A stretch of DNA of 64,000 nucleotides, from assembly GCA_013265495.1 (NCBI GenBank), contig MU058824.1:6095245-6159244 (forward strand). The letters run 5' to 3'. Numbering within the stretch: the first letter of the stretch is position 1; each line of letters begins with the position of its first letter. The notes beneath the pieces were generated by a model that made no database searches, was not told where the DNA came from, and saw nothing but the letters and a program-made list of their open reading frames with translations. The DNA is from Vicugna vicugna. Taxonomy: Eukaryota. The position numbers were made by a program, and so were the translations under genes. Of the stretch, positions 53,338 to 64,000 are shown in pieces.

Positions 53338-53384
53338 AAAAAGAATTTTTAATTGAAGTAAAAATGATTTACAATGTTGCATAA
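53338..53384 (-). mobile_element. 47-bp extreme 3' L1 fragment with 18-bp TSD
   Basis: 'tttttaattgaagta...gatttacaatgttg' flanked by CTGTGT(C/T)TATTAACTTTT at 53320-53337 and 53385-53402. Confidence 0.85.
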
Positions 53385-53399
53385 CTGTGTTTATTAACT

Positions 53400-54110
53400 T
53401 TTGATGACAGGCCATGTACTTAAACTCTCTGAACAGCTTCCCCATTAACAAAATGGATCTCAAAATATCTTCCCTATGGAGTATTTGTAAGAATTAGTGA
53501 TGATTGCAAAAAAAAAAATCATCTAGCACAGAGAAGATGCCTAGCACAGAGAAGATGCTCAATAGGTAGAAAATCTATTAGTATAATGAAAAGAGGGTGA
53601 CTTTGGAGTCAAGGTGACATGAGCTCTAATCCCAGGCCTGTTGGGACTCTAGGGAAATTACACTGCCTCTCTGAGACACAGATTCCTTCTCTGTTAAGTG
53701 AAAATACTATTTATTTCCACTATGCTATCTACCGTACAAAGCTGTCTTGAGGCTTAGACAATCCTATACAACCCTATATAAATTATGTGACACACACACC
53801 AAAAAATGCTATCAACTTCTCCCTGCCTACGCATATGGGGTGGCAAAGGAAAGTGATAAAGGGTAGGAACCATATATCTGGAAAACACTGACCTGCATTT
53901 ATGACCTGGCTGTATTTTACTAGCTCTGTAGCCTTTGACAAGTTCTTTAATTACTCTTGAGTCTCAGTTTCCATATTTATTGAAGATGTACAACTACTCC
54001 TAACTTTCAAGGTTCCTGTAACATTTAAACACAGTGATGAATGCGGGTATGAGCTTAACATAGCAATTAGCTTAGAGAAAGCTCTCCATATTATGAGTGG
54101 TTGTTGTTAC
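53400..54110 (+). mobile_element. Cluster of about three same-orientation MIR fragments
   Basis: Core-like motifs near 53410-53500, 53600-53760 and 53900-54060, e.g. 'ctctgtagcctttgacaagttctttaa...tctcagtttcc'; 18-bp tandem duplication at 53523-53558. Confidence 0.65.
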
Positions 54111-54922
54111 TACTAATATTTATTATCTTTGTTATTATTGCCATCATTATATAGATGGTGGTTATTTCTTGATGGGCCTGATCTATCAAAACCTAGAGGT
54201 AATAACTAGATAGACAGTTCTAAACTCTAACTTGTTTTCTATTAGGTTTCCAACTGAGGCAATTTTTGTTGTCCTTATAAAGTACACATGTAATGTTTAC
54301 TATTTTTTTCTTTCTTTCTTTTTTTTCTTTCTTTTTTTTTTTACAAAAGTAGGTTTAGTTTTCTAAGACATTAGGATCCTCATTACAAAAAATTAGTTTG
54401 CCATTCTGGGTTTATAGAGTAGTCCTGTAGATTTGTTTAAAATCAGTCTGAGAAACATTTTCAAGAAGCCAAAGGCCAGATTCTGACATGTTTTTCCAAG
54501 ATAATACCACCTTATATAAACACACTGACTGTGTTCCAAAACATAGTCAGTCAGCTCTCTCCGGACAGCTCCTTTTATTTATTTGTCTATTTTATTTCCA
54601 CAGGTCATATTTCTGTTATAATACTTACTCCATACCACAGTTAGATGGATAGTTCAGAACTATAGATTCTGAGCTACCTGAGGGTAGTTCTGCAACCAGT
54701 TTTGTCCTGGCCTCCACCACTACTGTTCAGTAAATTACACTGAATTACACTTAATCTGGGTAACATGTAGAGCTACTTTCTTCTATTTTTTAGTTGTTGG
54801 GAGTTAGAAAATCAGATACCAGAAACACTATTTCCCAAGTACAAGCCTCTAATACTCATAAATCTCTAATACTATAACTAAGACAGGTTTTGTAAGTATG
54901 CTGCACATTCCTGGAGAACTGA

Positions 54923-55250
54923 TTTTTATTTTTTATTTATTTTATTGAGATATAATTAACATATAACATTATATTAGTTCCAGGTGTACAACAAATGATT
55001 CAATACATGAGTATATTGCTAAGTGATCACTGCAATAAGTCTAGTTCACATCATCACCAAATACAGTTACAAATTATTTTTTTCTTGTGATGAGAACTTT
55101 TAAGATCTACTCTGTTAGCAATTTTCAAATATACAATACAGTATTATTAACTATAGTCACCATGCTGTATATAACATCCTCAGGACTCATTTATTTTATA
55201 ACTGAAAGTCTGTACCTTTTGACTACTTTCACCCATTTCACCCACCCCAA
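54923..55250 (-). mobile_element. L1MA9-like 3' end
   Basis: 'ttattgagatataatt...gtgatgagaacttttaagatctactct...gtattattaactatagtcaccatgctgta...actgaaagtctgtacctttt'. Confidence 0.88.
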
Positions 55251-55547
55251 CCTCCAATGTTTTCGCTGAAAGTCACAGTTTGCAGCAGCCTTCTTAAGTA
55301 ACTTCCTCTTAGCCAGCATGACACATAGAGGAACTGAAGGTCAAAGAAGTTAAGCCAGTGCTTGTCTTTGCACCCAAAAAGTCTGGGACAACAATAGACT
55401 AAGTTACCCACCTTGGCCCTTCTGTCTTTTAGAAGTAAATGTTTGTTTAAAAAAAAAAAAAAAAAAGGAGAAAAGAATTCCATGAGCTCCAAACCACAGC
55501 CCTGCCTCATCTACCTCCAACTCACCCACCTCAAGTGTACAAAATGA

Positions 55548-55610
55548 CTCAATTCAATAAATATTTTATTGAATACCTACCATGTGCCAGGTACTGTTCC
55601 AGCCACTGAT
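55548..55610 (-). mobile_element. L2 3' end
   Basis: 'attcaataaatattttattgaatacctaccatgtgccaggtactgttc'. Confidence 0.65.
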
Positions 55611-56708
55611 TATAACAAGAACAACATTGGTTCAAACCTAAATTCTCATACATATCAGTCATCTTTCCTTACACCCAGAATATTCTGCGGAGTGTCACCT
55701 GACAGGGCCAAGTTTTTGCCAACTTGGCTCAGGTCATGAATAATCCTCAGGAATTGGCTCTTTATTGTCCTTGTAGTTACCAGGTGACCATGCCAGTGCC
55801 ACCCATCTGGGATCTGGATTAGTTTTCTGTCCTTGGAGTTCTTACACTCCTAAGAGAGTAAGTATTGACTCCCATTCTCCCTTAAGGAATCATGTTTTTC
55901 TCTCAGGACCCCAAATCAGACTTTGCAGCACTCTGAGTTTTTGTTCCCAGGCTCGTCTCCAACCAGGATATACAGTTCTGCTGCCATATCCTCATTTAGT
56001 CAGTGCACAGGCCTTTCCCATCAACTCACTCATTCTAGTCTTGGTTCCCAGACTCCATGTCTCCAGTTACCATAGAAGGTTGACAATGATTCAAGAATTA
56101 AAGTCTGAAATGAGGGTAGCCCCCTGAGACTGTTCTTTCCAAATAAAATTCAAGGCAGGTTTCTAAAACTCTGTTGTCTTCATGGATCAGGCAGGTAATG
56201 TAAATGTATAAAGCCATCAATGTGAACATTGGGAGAGATGAGGTCTATGGTAAAATAGAGAAAGCATGCAAATTCTAATTTAAAAAGAAAAAGCTGAGCA
56301 GGCCACCAGGTCACAGCCTTCAAGGACAGAATGGCAGCTTCTCAGGCTTTGCAGCCCACACATTTGGCACACTACTTGCACTTAGTAGGTGCTTAAATCA
56401 ATGAATAAGTGAAAGAACAAAGAGTAAATGAATAAATCAAAGTGGGAGAGCTGAAACACACACTTTAGATTGTACCCTCACAGTATGGGAGGTGGTAAGC
56501 CTCACTCATTTCAGTTTCTTTGTTCCCAAAACTGTGTCTCTGAGACCCTTCCAAACTTATAACAATCCCTACGTTAGTTTGTCTAAAGGATTTCATTTTC
56601 ATTAGGACTTCATTATAGATAGATACATAATCAATGGATAGATGATAGATATAAATATTATGTCTTCTCTTAAAACAACTCAGAGTGCTGTATAATACAT
56701 TAAAAAAA

Positions 56709-56826
56709 TTTTTTTTACTTTTTTTTATTGAAGTATAGTCAGTTTGCATTGTTGTGTCAATTTCTGGTGTACAGCACAATGCTTCAGTCATACATGAATA
56801 TACATATATTCGTTTTCATATTCTCT
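56709..56826 (-). mobile_element. Short LINE-1 3' end (cetartiodactyl-type)
   Basis: T-tract then 'ttattgaagtatagtcagtttgcattgttgtgtcaatttctggtgtacagcaca'; matches the reverse complement of about 25140-25240; no TSD found. Confidence 0.9.
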
Positions 56827-57485
56827 ATCAGCTCCTCTAATGTAGCAATAAACCACATGAAGTGAGGGAAACAGAAAATGAATGAAAGTAGCAGAGGAAA
56901 ATATGCAAGCAACCTAAGAGTCATGGGCTCACTTTATGGATGAAGTGGTTTCAGCCCAAATTGTCTTCAAGCATCAAAGTTGCTTCCTTCACTCTTCTCT
57001 AGCAGTGGGGATAGAGGAAGATAGTGAGGACAGGGTTTGGACAATAGAAAGTAAAAGAACTATGAGTATTTCAGGCACATCAAATTCCCTCTTATCCTGT
57101 TGCTGCACTGTTCCTTTTGGTGGCAATCAAGGAAAGACGGCATTATTTTGTATTCCACAAGGACCTATGAATCCAGTGTCTAGAGATGATAGCATGTGAC
57201 ATCAGAACCTTCTCCCAGTCCTACAGGGACAGACCAAACTACTCACACAGGCTGCCAAAATCCAGTGCTCTCATGATCCTGTCCTATTCCTTAGCTGTAC
57301 CCCACCACTTCTCTTCTCACTCAGTTCTTCCAGTTTTCTCTGCTGGCCTATTGCCCCTGATATTGGGCTCTAGGAGAACAGGATGACCAACTCCTGAAGA
57401 ATTGCTTTTCTCCCTAGTTTATGACACATTTCCACATCAACGGCCCTGAATTCTCAGTAATTTGTCAATGATCTGATTCTAGGAC

Positions 57486-57964
57486 CGTATTAGTTTCCTA
57501 TGGTTGTTGTTTACATAAAAAATTTTAAAAAAAGCACAAACTTGGTGGCCTGAAATGCCAGAGATGTATTCTCTTACAGTTCTGGAGGCCAGAAGTCTAA
57601 AATCAGTATCACTGGCCCCAAAATCAAGATTTTGGTAGGGTCTTCCTCCCTCTGGAGTTTCTAAGGCAGAATCCATTTCTTGCCTCTTCCAGTGGCTTTT
57701 GTCCTATCACTTCAATCTCTGTCTCTGTGGTCACATTGCCTCCTCCCCTCCTGTCTGTATAATCTCCCTATGCCTCTCTCCTGTAAGGACACTTATAATG
57801 GCATTTGGGCCCACACAGATATTCAGGATAATCTCATATCAAGATCTTTAACTTTATCACATCTGCAAAGATTCTTTTTCCTAATAAACTTAACATTTAT
57901 ACTATACAGGGATTAGGAAGTGGATATCTTCTGGGGGGGGGGAGGCTTTTATTAACTTATTATA
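57486..57964 (-). mobile_element. MLT1D-like MaLR solo LTR with 5-bp TSD AGGAC
   Basis: 'gtattagtttccta...cagttctggaggccagaagtct...gggcccac...caggataatctc...atcacatctgcaaag'; AGGAC at 57481-57485 and 57965-57969. Confidence 0.9.
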
Positions 57965-60785
57965 AGGACCTTCTCACGTAATGTGGTTCCATGAAGCAGC
58001 ACCAACCCCAAACTAAAAGTATTGTTTCCTAGAGAATTAGAGTGTTGTTCCATTTGAAGGCCTATGGACAAATGCCACAATTATCTTAAGCATAAAAGTA
58101 TATTAACCCAAGAAGTCTCCCAATTATAAAAGTTTGTGGTGTTTCATGCCTGCTTCTTCTTTGGTTTTTCACAGTTGTACAAATAAACAGTAGTCTGTAT
58201 TCTTTCCCTCCCAGCAATAGTCCATTATACTTTCCCCATTCCTTTTCCTCTCTGGCAACAAAAATGGGGCTGGCGAGAAATTAACAAGAGTCTATGGGCT
58301 CATTCCTAAATCTGGCATTGCAATCCCTCCTGAAGTAAGTCTCTGTGACTCATAATAGCAGATCTAGTGTACATGACTGCCACCTCTTTCCCTCCAAAGA
58401 TTTAAACAGGGTACAAGTCAGGCCCAGATGGAGCCATATCTCTCTTAAGAAAGTAAACTCCTCTCAGCTTTTCTAGAGATGAAAACAGTGGCTTCTCCAC
58501 CTTCCATCCTGAGAAAGCCCTTGTGGGGAGACCCGTACTGTGCTCATGTTTGTTCAGGTGGCTTGATATTCACCACAAGACATTCTTTCCCAAGCAGTCT
58601 CAAAGGACAACCTCTTGCTTCTGTAAAATATGTGGATTGAGTTTCCTTGAATGAAAAGACATAGCATATTCAACCCACTTAGAGGAACTCATAAGCCTTC
58701 CACTGTGGGGAGTGTTACATGAACCAGCCAAAGGATGCCACCCAAGCATAACCAGGAAAGTGGTTTCCCACTTGAATCCAAATATGATTTTGGCTCTTTT
58801 GGGGGTGGATTTATGTTTCTCTCAACTACAGCATTTGGGACAGAAGCTTCTTTTGCCAAGAAACGAAGAACATTCTTTGTACTCTTTATCAGTTCTCATA
58901 TGAGTTTTCCAATTCTCCTCATGCTGTGTTGAGAAAGAAAATAAAAATTATCCATGGCTTTGTAAAACTCTGTTGCTTTTGGGAAATGTTCTTTTCTGAC
59001 TAGTATGAATATCTCAGTCTTTGACTAAAACAGAGTAAAATTAAAGTGATATATTTTTCTAATCCTAAGGTTTTAAAAACAACCAGACATTCATACAGTA
59101 GAAATTATTAAATTTGTTCAAAATCCAAAAATAGCCTTAGAAAAGCTTAGGACCCCCTACAGATGTGGTAGGACCCATATTTCAGAGTTGGTTAATGAAG
59201 GACTAAAATGCCTGAATCCTTTAAGCAACAGGATGGCATTTTATTTACATAAAGAATATCTTTTATTTTTATTTTTCCAGGGGGAGAAGAGTGTTTCAAG
59301 CCAACACTATGTTAGTTGAGCCCAGCAAGCAGCAAGCTCTAAATGAGGCTGAATATGGATATGGTTAGCTATCTGCTCTGGAGACCCTCATCATCAAAAG
59401 AGCAAAGCTTGTCCTCTACTAATTGAGGGATCAATTATTCTGGTTCCAATCATCACAATCATCAAAATCAATAATCAATAACCAATAAGCCCATAAATAC
59501 ATGTTAGGCCATTAGAGGAGTATGGGGGGGGGATCTGGTTTTTAAGAGTTGATCAGAACTTGAAACTTTTTTCTTTGCTCTTTTTGTCTCTGACAAGATA
59601 GAAGTTCTGGTTTCTTGGCTGATGGCTTTAATTCTGACCTCAACTAAGCCTCTTTCAAATTCTGTCTTTATTGGTTTCAAAGCACCCACTTTCCTTATAT
59701 TTGAAAACTGTGTGCATATATGCATATGTACGTATTTTACTTCAGTCATCTCCCTTTGGGATATTGAGGTAAGAGCAAAGAGATAATCATGTGACATTCA
59801 AGGAAAATTTGCTGAGATTTAGTTTGTTTCTAAACCTCCTGATATGTAATAATTTGCTATTTATATTCTACCAGAACAGAACTCTTTGTAGCCCTCTGCA
59901 CACATACTATATACACCTTATGACCTCAATTTCTCCCAACTCTATCTCCTTACCATTGAAAAAAATCATTCATGATTTAGCTTAGATACTGTATCTTCTA
60001 GGAAGATTTACCTAATCCTAACCCCACTCATTAACACAAGAGGGTTGGATGTCTCTCCTCTGTGCTACTATGGAAATATCTGTACCACTCTAACACCAAA
60101 CTTTTGCACTATGTTATAAATGCATGTTGACTTGTTTGGCTTTCCCATTAAAGAATGTCATATCCCAAGTGTCTGGTAAAGAGCTGATATTCAGTAAGTG
60201 CTCCTTAAACTGCACTATATTTAAAATATTTTTTCTTCCCTATTTTTAAGAATTTATGGACCCTAAAAACTTAAAAGATGATGTGTCTTCATCAGTAGCA
60301 AGTCTTTGCCTCCAATTTGTAAAAGAATTTCCCTTTTCCTAGACTAGACCAGAGCCATAGGAAAAGAAATGTTTCATCTTCAGTTATAGACAGGGCTATT
60401 TCTATAGCTTAGATGACCTGAATGTTTATTTCTAAACACTGCCTCTGGCACTTCTGAAAAAAACATTGTTCTTAAAGCAACTGAAGGGACTTAGGGTTTC
60501 ACTGAACCATGATGCAGGCTGCCTCAGCTAAACTGTTGAATGTTTGCCTGCCACCAGAATAAAGCACGATTAAAAGAAAATTAATGCTCGTAATTGCTTC
60601 CCCAACAGATTTCGTTGTCCACATGGGATTACACATAGGATGGCCAAGTTTCCCATAGTTGTGACCAACGGTCCCGAACTCCCCATCCTAGGCTGATGAG
60701 CACAAATCAATAATCCAAATACCTTTTCTCCTAAGGGCTAATTCTTTTCAGTAAGATTTCACAGACATATGTGATGAATGAATGG

Positions 60786-60839
60786 AAAGAAAGGAAGAAA
60801 GGAAGGAAGGAAGGAAGGAAGGAAGGAAGGCAGGCAGGC

Positions 60840-60873
<34 letters not shown>
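60786..60873. repeat. Compound (GAAG)n(CAGG)n(GAAA)n microsatellite
   Basis: Read directly from the sequence. Confidence 0.95.
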
Positions 60874-60875
<2 letters not shown>

Positions 60876-61962
60876 CACATTCTCAAGGAATTCAAGATTG
60901 TATGACTGAAAAGGGAACTCAACATTTTCATGCTTAAATGTTCATAACTGAAGGTCCTCCTGGATGTAGAATGTGTACGCATTGCTTATTTCCAATGGGC
61001 ATCCTAGATAAAGGAGATCATCTGGCTTTATATTTAATAAAATGATCTTTCAGGGTACTAAAGATAAGACATGAGAAGATATCACTGAGCTTCCAAAAGC
61101 CTACAATGGCCTGATTTTAAATCAAATGAAAAATTTCATTTCAGATTGAATTGATAAAAATCTGGATACAGGCCAGAAAAAAAAAAAGTAGCAAAACTCA
61201 AACATATGAGCAGAAGTAATTAATCATCAAGTTGAGGTCCAGAAAGAGCACTAAAAAGTCATTTGCCTCTGCCTATAGCCTCCAATCTAACTCCCCTTAA
61301 TCTGCTCTGAGGTGAATGTGTGCACCAGTGGTCCAAAGGCATGAACCACAGGCCTCTGGGTGGCAGGGCTCAGAATTATTAAGAGGCCAAGGAATCTACA
61401 CGAGAGCAAATATTAGCTGGGGCTAACTAAACAGTATGTCTCACACAAAATACAAAATACCATTTTTAACTGCATTTAGATACTAATATCAAAGCATTAC
61501 TGATTTTACAGCAGTTTTCTTCCTCAGATGGTTTCTCAAACAGACAGGTTTGGGGGCAGGGGACACCAATATTGAATTTTTTAAATTAACTTTTTATAAA
61601 AGAATAGCATCCATACATATGAACATTTTTGACATTAAAATGTTAGAAATTACTGTTTTACACATTTTTATCAACAACCCAGAAAACATCGGCACATTCT
61701 GCATATTCAGTTGATTCCAGGGCTTCCTAATCCTTATAGGCTTGAAGAACTTCAGAGTCTAATCTAAATCCTTCCTGCTACAATTTTACCTGAGCTTAAT
61801 TTATTGTTCATTTCTGAAGTTACAAGATGATTACCATAGCTCTTCATATAGCCAATGACTATTAATTTACCCTCTATAACAGATACCTCTTCTTGAGGCT
61901 AAATAACTCAAATAATCACACACACAGTTTCATCTCGACAGTTACATTGCTAGTCTCTAGAA

Positions 61963-62167
61963 CAGCACTGTCCAATAGAACTTCCTGCAATGATGGAAAT
62001 GTTCTATATCTCTGTTGTCCAATACAGTAGCAACTAGCCACATGTGACCACTTATCATTTAAAATTTGGCCAGTGAGGCTGAGGAACTAAAATTTTTACT
62101 TTAATTAATTTATATACAAATTTAAATAGACACATATGGCCAGTGGCTAGCATACTAGATGATGCAG
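61963..62167. mobile_element. MER3 hAT-Charlie MITE
   Basis: 'cagcactgtccaatagaacttcctgcaatgatggaaatgttctatatct...gctgaggaactaaaatttt'; flanks CTCTAGAA and CTCTGGAC resemble a degenerate 8-bp hAT TSD. Confidence 0.9.
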
Positions 62168-63569
62168 CTCTGGACAGTGTTCATTTCCTAATCATCTAAT
62201 TTCATTATAGTTATCCCCCAAATGCAGAGAATAGCCCAATAAAGACCTAATTGATTCCAAAAGCCAGGTTATTTGATTTTACACATAGCACCACAGTGCC
62301 AGTGGGGACAATGACGTGGGAGCATATTAGCTATACAAACAAAGATAAATAAAATATAAGCTTTACCCTAGCCTAATATAAAAAAGGCCCAGATAAATGA
62401 ATGCAGCTCTAGACAGAGTTATCAATATTCTGGGCAAATAATATATCCAAAGGCCTCAGAAGTTCACCTTTACAGACAAAGACCTCCATTAACTGTATCT
62501 TAAGTGTTTTGATTTGGTAACAATCAGCTTTGTTGCCCATCATCAGTATGGGATGTTTTATACTCAGCTACTTTTTCTTACATACTTACTCAAAAACAGT
62601 GAAGAATTTATCTTCTTGATATTGAGCTTCTTTTCCCTTCTTTAAGTGAATTAGTCTGAATGGATCTCCACTGAGTTGCCTAAAGATTGACTACTGTGGA
62701 GTTTCAGTGGAGTTTCATTCAGCTAATAAATACTCTTATATTGACACTGAATCATTAGAAATCTCATTGACAACTAGGTATAAACCCACTTAATAGTAAT
62801 CTAATTTAAACCATGTATCTCCAGGAATGCAGACATGGTATCAAATCTGTCCTTTAATTTGATTGATAGAAGCTGCTTAGCACTAGCCCAGGTGGTGGAA
62901 GAACAAACACTACAAGATGATGTAAGATCCAATCCCCAGTCTAAAATAGCTTAAACACACAATATTTCACACTAATAATCAGGGAGATTAGGGGTTCTCT
63001 TTTATTTCTCTTTTTCATTGTCCAATTATGCTATATTCCTTCAATTTATACAGATGCATCTTCTGCAATCTCTGGATTGGTGAGTTTGATTGTATGGTAA
63101 CATCTGAACTTCTTAGTATTTCTGTTTCCCTAAAATTCTACTGTTAAAACCTGCTATAATGTAATACATATAAATTATTTCCAGCCCAGAAGACTTAATA
63201 TTTTCCTATATTAAATAAACTTTATCTTGAAACAGTTTAGAGCACCTCCTTTATTAAATTTATGGAAAAAACAGAACTCTATGGCTTGGTGCTCAAACTT
63301 GCACTGGTAGTCTTTAAATTCCACTCTTACCTTTTTGTTTTTTGTAATCAATAAGACACAGTGGGAATACCATTCAAATTTTACAGCACTGAATAATAAT
63401 TCTAGAATGTTCTACTTTTGAGCAATAAATTTTGTAGGCTAATACTAACTAACAGTGTCCAGCACTTTATAGTTTGAAAAATCTCACTTGGTCTTCATAT
63501 GATCCTAAGTGCTCTCATTGTCAATCTGCTTATTTCAAAACTACAGTTTGGCAGTGAAATAGCTTCTCT

Positions 63570-63838
63570 AAGAAAGTATGTGTCAATTATGGTCTCAAGC
63601 AATACTTTGCATGTTGTGTCTATTGGATCTTGGTTTATTATAAAATAGGAAACAATGAATGCCATATACTCTTCTTATAAACTCAAAAAGCACGTTACTA
63701 TATTCAAAGCTCTGATTAAGTCCTGTACTTTAAAAAAAATTGTTTAACTTTTTTAACCCAAACTTATTTGCTGCAGAACTTTTTATTTAAAAAAATACCA
63801 CTTATTGTTCTACCAAATACCCTTTGAAAAAATACTGA
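63570..63838. mobile_element. Old hAT-Charlie MITE (subfamily unassigned)
   Basis: 'aaagctctgattaagtcctgtac...tgtttaactt...aacccaaacttatttg...ctttgaaaaaatactg'. Confidence 0.5.
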
Positions 63839-64000
63839 GCTAATAAAATGTCCTAAAAATATAAAAAATGATAGAAAATTAGGTGACTGAACAAAACTTC
63901 TCAACTCCCACATAGTTGGGATAAAACTCCTCATATAATCCCACTCTCTAAATAGTCTCCTCTTTAAATGCCCTCTTCTCTAAATATCCTCAGTTACTGT

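Noticed and set aside
59255..59330. Polypyrimidine tract plus CAG (ending 59280) resembling a splice acceptor
   Set aside because: No convincing donor or coding frame; such motifs are common in AT-rich DNA.
1..64000. CRISPR arrays, operons, tRNA/rRNA genes, processed pseudogenes, intact ERV or transposase genes
   Set aside because: None seen; all protein-like translations trace to LINE-1 ORF1 or ORF2. Small host exons cannot be excluded without alignment.

Overview
This is AT-rich eutherian mammalian genomic DNA, intergenic or deep intronic. I found no supportable host protein-coding exon, RNA gene or CRISPR array. The window is dominated by interspersed repeats: LINE-1 of several ages, MaLR/ERVL solo LTRs, hAT-Charlie and Tigger MITEs, MIR and L2. 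The young L1 3' UTRs look cetartiodactyl. I see no Alu, B1/B2, Bov-tA/BovB, PRE-1 or Can-SINE, so a camelid is plausible (inference from recall, not a database result). The most structured object is a 5'-complete L1 at about 22220-29846. It retains a YY1 site and a degenerate TSD, carries a second 5'-inverted (twin-primed) L1 in its 5' UTR (23442-25267), and has at least three sharp internal deletions, one removing the RT catalytic core. Several short L1 insertions have readable TSDs, including a 47-bp one. Two repeat-poor, motif-rich stretches (about 14.8-15.7 kb and 50.1-51.2 kb) are candidate enhancers. I found no convincing new biological system; the best leads are retrotransposon-mechanism observations. 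Repeat subfamily names come from recalled consensus sequences and need RepeatMasker/Dfam confirmation.
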